Assembly (NCBI GenBank): GCA_964016885.1
Contig: OZ024740.1
Span: 420,236,001-420,300,000, forward strand
DNA: 64,000 bases
Source: Eledone cirrhosa
Lineage: Eukaryota
Reading direction: 5' to 3'
The position numbers were made by a program, and so were the translations under genes. The notes beneath the pieces were generated by a model, which was given only the letters and a program-made list of their open reading frames with translations, did not search any database and was not told the DNA's origin. Positions 56,201-64,000 of this stretch are shown in pieces (within the stretch, counting starts at the first letter, position 1; each line of letters starts with the position of its first letter).

Positions 56201-59200
56201 ATGTAGAGTTGGAGGGGACAGTCTACATATGTGGTGGGAATGATGTAGTGTTGGAGGTGACAGTCTACATATGTGGTGGGAATGATGTAGAGTTGGTGGT
56301 AACACTCTAAATATGTGGTGGGAAAGAGCTAGAGTTGGAGGTGACAGTCTACATATGTGGTGGGAATGATGTAGAGTTGGTGGTGACAGTCTACATATGT
56401 GGTGGGAAAGAGGTAGAGTTGGAGGTGACAGTCTACATATGTGGTGGGAATGATGTAGTGTTGGAGGTGACAGTCTACATATGTGGTGGGAATGATGTGG
56501 AGTTGGAGGTGACAGTCTACATATGTGGTGGGAATGATGTAGAGTTGGAGGTGACAGTCTATATATGTGGTGGGAATGATGTAGAGTTGGAGGTGACAGT
56601 CTACATATGTGGTGGGATTGATGGAGAGTTGGAGATGACAATCTACATATGTGGTGGGAATGATGTAGAGTTGGAGGTGACAGTCTATATATGTTGTGGG
56701 CATGATGTACAGTTGGAGGTGACAATCTACATATGCGGTGGGAAGGATGTAGAGTTGGAGGTGACAGTCTACATATGTGGTGGGAAAGAGGTAGAGTTGG
56801 AGGTGACAGTCTACATATGTGGAGGGAATGATGTAGAGTTGGAGGTGAAAGTCTATATATGTGGTGGGAATTATCTACAGTTGGAGGTGACAATCTACAT
56901 ATGTGGTGGGAAGGATGTAGAGTTGGAGGTCACAGTCTACATATGTAGTGGGAAAGAGGTAGAGTTGGAGGTGACAGTCTACATATGTGGTGGGAATGAT
57001 GTAGAGTTGGAGGTGACAGTCTACATATGTGGTGGGAATGATGTACAGTTGGAGGTGACAGTCTATATATGTGTTGGGAATGATGTACAGTTGGAGGTGA
57101 CAGTCTACATAGGTGGTGGGAATGATGTACAGTTGGTGGTGACAGTCTACATATGTGGTGGGAATTATGTAGTGTTGGAGGTGACAATCTACATATGTGG
57201 TGGGAATTATGTAGAGTCGGAGGTGACAATCTACATATGTTGTGGGAATGATGTAGAGTTGGAGGTGACAGTCTACATATGTGGTGGGAATGATGTACAG
57301 TTGGAGGTGACAATCTACATATGTGGTGGGTCTGATGTACAGTTGGAGGTGATAGACTACATATGTGGTGGGAATGGTGTAGAGTTAGAGGTGACAGTCT
57401 ACATATTGGGCAGGAATGATGTAGAGTTGGAGGTTACAGTTAACATATGTGGTGGGAATGGTGTAGAGTTGAAGGGGACAGTCTACATATGTGGTGGAAA
57501 TGATGTAGAGTTGGAGGTGACAGTCTACATATGTCTTGGGAATGATGTAGAGTTGGAGGTGACGGTCTACATATGTGGTGGGAATGGTGTCGAGTTTGAT
57601 GTGACAGTCTACATATGTGGTGGGAATGATGTAGAGTTGGAGGTGACAGTCTACATATGTGGTGGGAATGATGTGGAGTTGGAGGTGACAGTCTACATAT
57701 GTGGTGGGAATGATGTAGATTTGGAGATAACAGTCTACATATGTGGTGGGAATGATGTAGAGTTGGAGAGGACAGTCTACATATTTGGTGGGAATGATGT
57801 AGAGTTGGAGGTGACAGTCTACATATGTGGTGGGAATGATGTAGATTTGGAGATGACAGTCTACATATGTGGTTGGATTGATGTAGAGTTGGATGTGACA
57901 GTCTACATACGTGGTGGTAATGATGTAGAGTTGGAGGTGACAGTCTACATATGTGGTGGGATTGATGTAGTGTTAAAGGTGAGTCTACATATGTGGTGGG
58001 AATGATGTAGAGTTGGAGGTGACAGTCTACATATGTGGTGGGAATGATGTAGAGTTGGTGGTGACAATCTACATATGTGGTGGGAATGATGTACAGTTGG
58101 AGGTGACAGTCTACATAGGTGTTGGGAATGATGTACAGTTGGAGGTGATAGTCTGCATATGTGGTGGGAATGATGTACAGTTGGAGGTGACAATCTACAT
58201 ATGTGGTGGGAATTATGTAGAGTCGGAGGTCACAATCTACATATGTTGTGGGAATGATGTAGAGTTGGAGGTGACAGTCTACATATGTGGTGGGAATGAT
58301 GTAGAGTTGGAGGTAACAGTCTACATATGTGGTGGGAATGGTGTAGAGTTGGAGGTGACAGTCTACATATGTGGCAGGAATGATGTAGAGTTGGAGGTGA
58401 CAGTTTACATATGTGGTGGGAATGGTGTAGAGTTGAAGGGGACACTCTACATATGTGGTGGGAATGATGTAGAGTTGGAGGTGACAGTCTATATATGTGG
58501 TGGGAATGATGTAGAGTTGGAGCTGACCGTCTACATATGTGGTGGGAATGGTATCGAGTTTGAGGTGACAATCTACATATGTGGTGGGAATGATGTAGAG
58601 TTGGAGGTGACAGTCTACATATGTCGTGGGAATGATGTGGAGTCGGAGGTGACAGTCTACATATGTGGTGGGAAGGATGTAGATTTGGAGATGACAGTCT
58701 ACATATGTGGTGGGAATGATGTAGAGTTGGAGGGGACAGTCTACATATGTGGTGGGAATGATGTAGAGTTGGAGGTGGCAGTCTACATATGTGGTGGGAA
58801 TGATGTAGAGTTGGAGGTGACAGTCTACATATGTGGTTGGAAAGAGGTAGAGTTGGAGGTGACAGTCTACATATGTGGTGGGAATGATGTAGAGTTGGAG
58901 GTGACAGTCTACATATGTGGTGGGAATGATGTACAGTTGGAGGTGACAGTCTATATATGTGTTGGGAATGATGTACAGTTGGAGGTGACAGTCTACATAG
59001 GTGGTGGGAATGATGTACAGTTGGAGGTGACGGTCTAAATATGTGGTGGGTCTGATGTACAGTTGGAGGTGATAGACTACATATGTGGTGGGAATTATGT
59101 AGAATCGGAGGTGACAATCTACATATGTTGTGGGAATGATGTAGAGTTGGAGGTGACAGTCTACATATGTGGCAGGAATGATGTAGAGTTGGAGGTGACA

Positions 59201-62200
59201 GTTAACATATGTGGTGGGAATGGTGTAGAGTTGGAGGTGACAGTCTACATATGTGGCAGGAATGATGTAGAGTTGGAGGTGACAGTTAACATATGTGGTG
59301 GGAATGGTGTAGAGTTGAAGGGGACAGTCTACATATGTGGTGGGAATGATGTAGAGTTGGAGGTGACAGTCTACATATGTCTTGGGAATGATGTAGAGTT
59401 GGAGGTGACGGTCTACATATGTGGTGGGAATGGTGTCGAGTTTGATGTGACAGTCTACATATGTGGTGGGAATGATGTAGAGTTGGAGGTGACAGTCTAC
59501 ATATGTGGTGGGAAGGATGTGGAGTTGGAGGTGACAGTCTACATATGTGGTGGGAATGATGTAGAGTTGGAGAGGACAGTCTACATATGTGGTGGGAATG
59601 ATGTAGAGTTGGAGGTGACAGTCTTAATATGTGGTGGGAATGATGTAGATTTGGAGATGACAGTCTACATATGTGGTCGGAATGGTGTAGATTTGGAGAT
59701 GACAGTCTACATATGTGGTTGGATTGATGTAGAGTTGGATGTGACAGTCTACATACGTGGTGGGAATGATGTAGAGTTGGAGGTGACAGTCTACATATGT
59801 GGTGGGATTGATGTAGTGTTAAAGGTGAGTCTACATATGTGGTGGGAATGATGTAGAGTTGGAGGTGATAGTCTACATATGTGTTGGGAAAGAGGTAGAG
59901 TTGGAGGTGACAGTCTACATATTTGGTGGGAATGATGTAGAATTGAAGGGGACAGTCTACATATGTGGTTGGAATGATGTAGAGTTGGAGGTGACAGTCT
60001 ACATATGTCTTGGGAATGATGCAGAGTTGCAGGTAACAGTCTACATATGTGGTGGGAATGATGTACAGTTGGAGGTGAGTCTACATATGTAGGTGGGAAA
60101 GAGGTAGAGTTGGAGGTGACAGTCTACATATGTGGTGGGATTGATGTAGAGTTGGTGGTGACAGTCTACATATGTGGTGGGAATGATGTAGAGTTGGAGG
60201 TGACAGTCTACATATGTGGTGGGAATGATGTAGAGTTGATGGTGACAGTCTATATATGTGTTGGGAATGATGTACAGTTGGAGGTGACAGTCTACATAGG
60301 TGGTGGGAATGATGTACAGTTGGAGGTGATAGTCTGCATATGTGGTGGGAATGATGTACAGTTGGAGGTGACAATCTACATATGTGGTGGGAATTATGTA
60401 GAGTCGGAGGTCACAATCTACATATGTTGTGGGAATGATGTAGAGTTGGAGGTGACAGTCTACATATGTGGTGGGAATGATGTAGAATTGGAGGTAACAG
60501 TCTACATATGTGGTGGGTCTGATGTACAGTTGGAGGTGACAGTCTACATATGTGGTGGGAATGGTGTAGAGTTGGAGGTGACAGTCTACATATGTGGCAG
60601 GAATGATGTAGAGTTGGAGGTGACAGTTTACATATGTGGTGGGAATGGTGTACAGTTGGAGTTGAAGGGGACACTCCACATATGTGGTGGGAATGATGTA
60701 GAGTTGGAGGTGACAGTCTAGATATGTCTTGGGAATGATGTAGAGTTCGAGCTGACCGTCTACATATGTGGTGGGAATGGTATCGAGTTTGAGGTGACAA
60801 TCTACATATGTGGTGGGAATGATGTAGAGTTGGAGGTGACAGTCTACATATGTGGTGGGAATGATGTGGAGTTGGAGGTGACAGTCTACATATGTGGTGG
60901 GAAGGATGTAGATTTGGAGATGTCAGTCTACATATGTGGTGGGAATGATGTAGAGTTGGAGGGGACAGTCTACATATGTGGTGGGAATGATGTAGTGTTG
61001 GAGGTGACAGTCTACATATGTGGTGGGAATGATGTAGAGTTGGTGGTAACACTCTAAATATGTGGTGGGAAAGAGCTAGAGTTGGAGGTGACAGTCTACA
61101 TATGTGGTGGGAATGATGTAGAGTTGGTGGTGACAGTCTACATATGTGGTGGGAAAGAGGTAGAGTTGGAGGTGACAGTCTACATATGTGGTGGGAATGA
61201 TTTAGTGTTGGAGGTGACAGTCTACATATGTGGTGGGAATGATGTGGAGTTGGAGGTGACAGTCTACATATGTGGTGGGAATGATGTAGAGTTGGAGGTG
61301 ACAGTCTATATATGTGGTGGGAATGATGTAGAGTTGGAGGTGACAGTCTACATATGTGGTGGGATTGATGGAGAGTTGGAGATGACAATCTACATATGTG
61401 GTGGGAATGATGTAGAGTTGGAGGTGACAGTCTATATATGTTGTGGGCATGATGTACAGTTGGAGGTGACAATCTACATATGCGGTGGGAAGGATGTAGA
61501 GTTGGAGGTGACAGTCTACATATGTGGTGGGAAAGAGGTAGAGTTGGAGGTGACAGTCTACATATGTGGAGGGAATGATGTAGAGTTGGAGGTGAAAGTC
61601 TATATATGTGATGGGAATTATCTACAGTTGGAGGTGACAATCTACATATGTGGTGGGAAGGATGTAGAGTTGGAGGTCACAGTCTACATATGTAGTGGGA
61701 AAGAGGTAGAGTTGGAGGTGACAGTCTACATATGTGGTGGGAATGATGTAGAGTTGGAGGTGACAGTCTACATATGTGGTGGGAATGATGTACAGTTGGA
61801 GGTGACAGTCTATATATGTGTTGGGAATGATGTACAGTTGGAGGTGACAGTCTACATAGGTGGTGGGAATGATGTACAGTTGGTGGTGACAGTCTACATA
61901 TGTGGTGGGAATTATGTAGTGTTGGAGGTGACAATCTACATATGTGGTGGGAATTATGTAGAGTCGGAGGTGACAATCTACATATGTTGTGGGAATGATG
62001 TAGAGTTGGAGGTGACAGTCTACATATGTGGTGGGAATGATGTACAGTTGGAGGTGACAATCTACATATGTGGTGGGTCTGATGTACAGTTGGAGGTGAT
62101 AGACTACATATGTGGTGGGAATGGTGTAGAGTTAGAGGTGACAGTCTACATATTGGGCAGGAATGATGTAGAGTTGGAGGTTACAGTTAACATATGTGGT

Positions 62201-62750
62201 GGGAATGGTGTAGAGTTGAAGGGGACAGTCTACATATGTGGTGGAAATGATGTAGAGTTGGAGGTGACAGTCTACATATGTCTTGGGAATGATGTAGAGT
62301 TGGAGGTGACGGTCTACATATGTGGTGGGAATGGTGTCGAGTTTGATGTGACAGTCTACATATGTGGTGGGAATGATGTAGAGTTGGAGGTGACAGTCTA
62401 CATATGTGGTGGGAATGATGTGGAGTTGGAGGTGACAGTCTACATATGTGGTGGGAATGATGTAGATTTGGAGATAACAGTCTACATATGTGGTGGGAAT
62501 GATGTAGAGTTGGAGAGGACAGTCTACATATTTGGTGGGAATGATGTAGAGTTGGAGGTGACAGTCTACATATGTGGTGGGAATGATGTAGATTTGGAGA
62601 TGACAGTCTACATATGTGGTTGGATTGATGTAGAGTTGGATGTGACAGTCTACATACGTGGTGGTAATGATGTAGAGTTGGAGGTGACAGTCTACATATG
62701 TGGTGGGATTGATGTAGTGTTAAAGGTGAGTCTACATATGTGGTGGGAAT
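53230..62750 (+). repeat. 4741/4747-bp higher-order repeat (~113 monomers), two tandem copies
   Basis: Offset 4741 for 54322/59063, 55118/59859 and 55369/60110; 4747 for 56047/60794 and 56335/61082 after a 6-bp insertion at ~60653-60658. Confidence 0.92.
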
Positions 62751-64000
62751 GATGTAGAGTTGGAGGTGATAGTCTACATATGTGTTGGGAAAGAGGTAGA
62801 TTTGGAGGTGACAGTCTACATATTTGGTGGGAATGATGTAGAATTGAAGGGGCCAGTCTACATATGTGGTTGGAATGATGTAGAGTTGGAGGTGATAGTC
62901 TACATATGTCTTGGGAATGATGCAGAGTTGCAGTTAACAGTCTACATATGTGGTGGGAATGATGTACAGTTGGAGGTGAGTCTACATATGTAGGTGGGAA
63001 AGAGGTAGAGTTGGAGGTGACAGTCTACATATGTGGTGGGATTGATGTAGAGTTGGTGGTGACAGTCTACATATGTGGTGGGAATGATGTAGAGTTGGAG
63101 GTGACAGTCTACATATGTGGTGGGAATGATGTAGAGTTGATGGTGACAGTCTACATATGTGGTGGGAATGATGTAGAGTTGGAGGTGACAGTCTACATAG
63201 GTGGTGGGAAAGAGGTAGAGTTGGAGGTGACAGTCTACATATGTGGTCGGAAAGAGGTACAGTTGGAGGTGACAGTCTACATATGTGGTGGGAATGATGT
63301 AGAGTTGGAGGTGACAGTCTACATATGTGGTGGGAATGATGTACAGTTGGAGATGACAGTCTATATATGTGGTGGGAATGATGTACAGTTGGAGGTGACA
63401 GTCTACATAGGTGGTGGTAATGATGTACAGTTGGAGGTGACAGTGTACATATGTGGTGGGAATGATGTAGATTTGGAGATGACAGTCTACATATGTGGTG
63501 GGAATGGTGTAGAGTTGGAGGTGACAGTCTACATATGTGGCAAGAATGATGTAGAGTTGCAGGTGACAGTCTACATATGTGGTGGGAATGATGTAGAGTT
63601 GGAGGTGACAGTTACATATGTCTTGGGAATGATGTAGAGTTGGAGGTGACAGTCTACATATGTGGTGGGAAAGAGGTAGAGTTGGATGTGACAGTCTACA
63701 TATGTGGTGGGAATGATGTACAGTTGGAGGTGACAGTCTACATATGTAGTGGGAATGATGTTGAGTTGGGTGTGACAATCTACATATGTGGTGGGAAAGA
63801 GGTAGAGTTGGAGGTGACAGTCTACATATGTGGTGAGAAAGAGGTAGAGTTGGAGGTGACAGTCTACATATGTGGTGGGAATTATGTAGAATTGGAGGTG
63901 ACAGTCTACATATGTGGTGGGAAGGATGTAGAGTTGGAGGTGACAGTCTACATATGTGATGGGAAAGAGGTAGAGTTGGATGTGACAGTCTACATATGTG

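Larger units (their letters stand above)
1..64000 (+). repeat. 42-bp tandem satellite array, ~1,520 monomers, extending beyond both window edges
   Basis: Consensus GGAATGATGTAGAGTTGGAGGTGACAGTCTACATATGTGGTG (exact copy at 419-460) recurs every ~42 bp over the whole window with a few substitutions per unit and occasional 1-6 bp indels. The ORF track shows the matching 14-aa periodicity (GGNDVELEVTVYIC on +; HHSHHICRLSPPTL and TTYVDCHLQLYIIP on -). No orientation switch or unique interruption was seen. Confidence 0.99.

Noticed and set aside
103-63778. Hundreds of ORFs on both strands as protein-coding genes
   Set aside because: They follow from a 42-bp unit with stop-free frames. Most + strand starts are TTG/GTG inside the repeat, there are no unique termini, and frameshifts (GGTGAGTC -2, TGTAGG +1, GTTACAT -1, CATACATA +4) and stops (GTCTAA, GTCTAG, ATATGA, GTATAG) are copied along with the duplications.
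1-64000. CRISPR array; the TCTAC...GTAGA stem resembles the Cas12a direct-repeat stem
   Set aside because: There are no unique spacers, since the whole 42-bp unit is repeated. The period is too short for repeat plus spacer, the loop is 14 nt or more, and no leader or cas gene is present.
1-64000. Telomeric repeat tract
   Set aside because: The G-rich strand bias is suggestive, but no TTAGGG-type short unit is present, and kilobase-scale duplication of variant patterns indicates recombinational rather than telomerase-templated synthesis. A subtelomeric location is not excluded.
1-64000. Diversity-generating retroelement or antigenic-variation cassette array
   Set aside because: No reverse transcriptase, recombinase or expression locus is present, variation is not adenine-specific, and variants are inherited in blocks.
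1-64000. Embedded transposon, inversion or unique island
   Set aside because: Reading through the window, every segment conforms to the 42-mer in the same orientation, and every ORF in the track is a repeat translation.

Overview
The whole 64-kb window is one uninterrupted, head-to-tail, single-orientation tandem array of a 42-bp monomer, about 1,520 copies. The consensus read by eye is GGAATGATGTAGAGTTGGAGGTGACAGTCTACATATGTGGTG (16 G, 3 C, 11 A, 12 T; no CpG). I found no unique sequence, gene, RNA gene, transposon or CRISPR spacer. The many ORFs arise because 42 is divisible by 3 and three of the six consensus frames have no stop; they are repeatedly broken by frameshifting indels and in-frame stops. 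The informative structure is in the variant monomers. They reveal nested, irregular higher-order duplications: a ~20-monomer module, periods of 965, 3735, 4741/4747 and 5288 bp, and a ~12-15 kb tandem duplication whose internal events can be partly ordered. The monomer has a 7-14-7-14 inverted-repeat geometry, an internal palindrome and a probable ~20+22 bp half-unit ancestry. It is most likely a eukaryotic satellite or large minisatellite from a long-read assembly. I cannot assign the organism or family, and I do not see evidence of a protein-coding system. Block boundaries are approximate, to within a few monomers.
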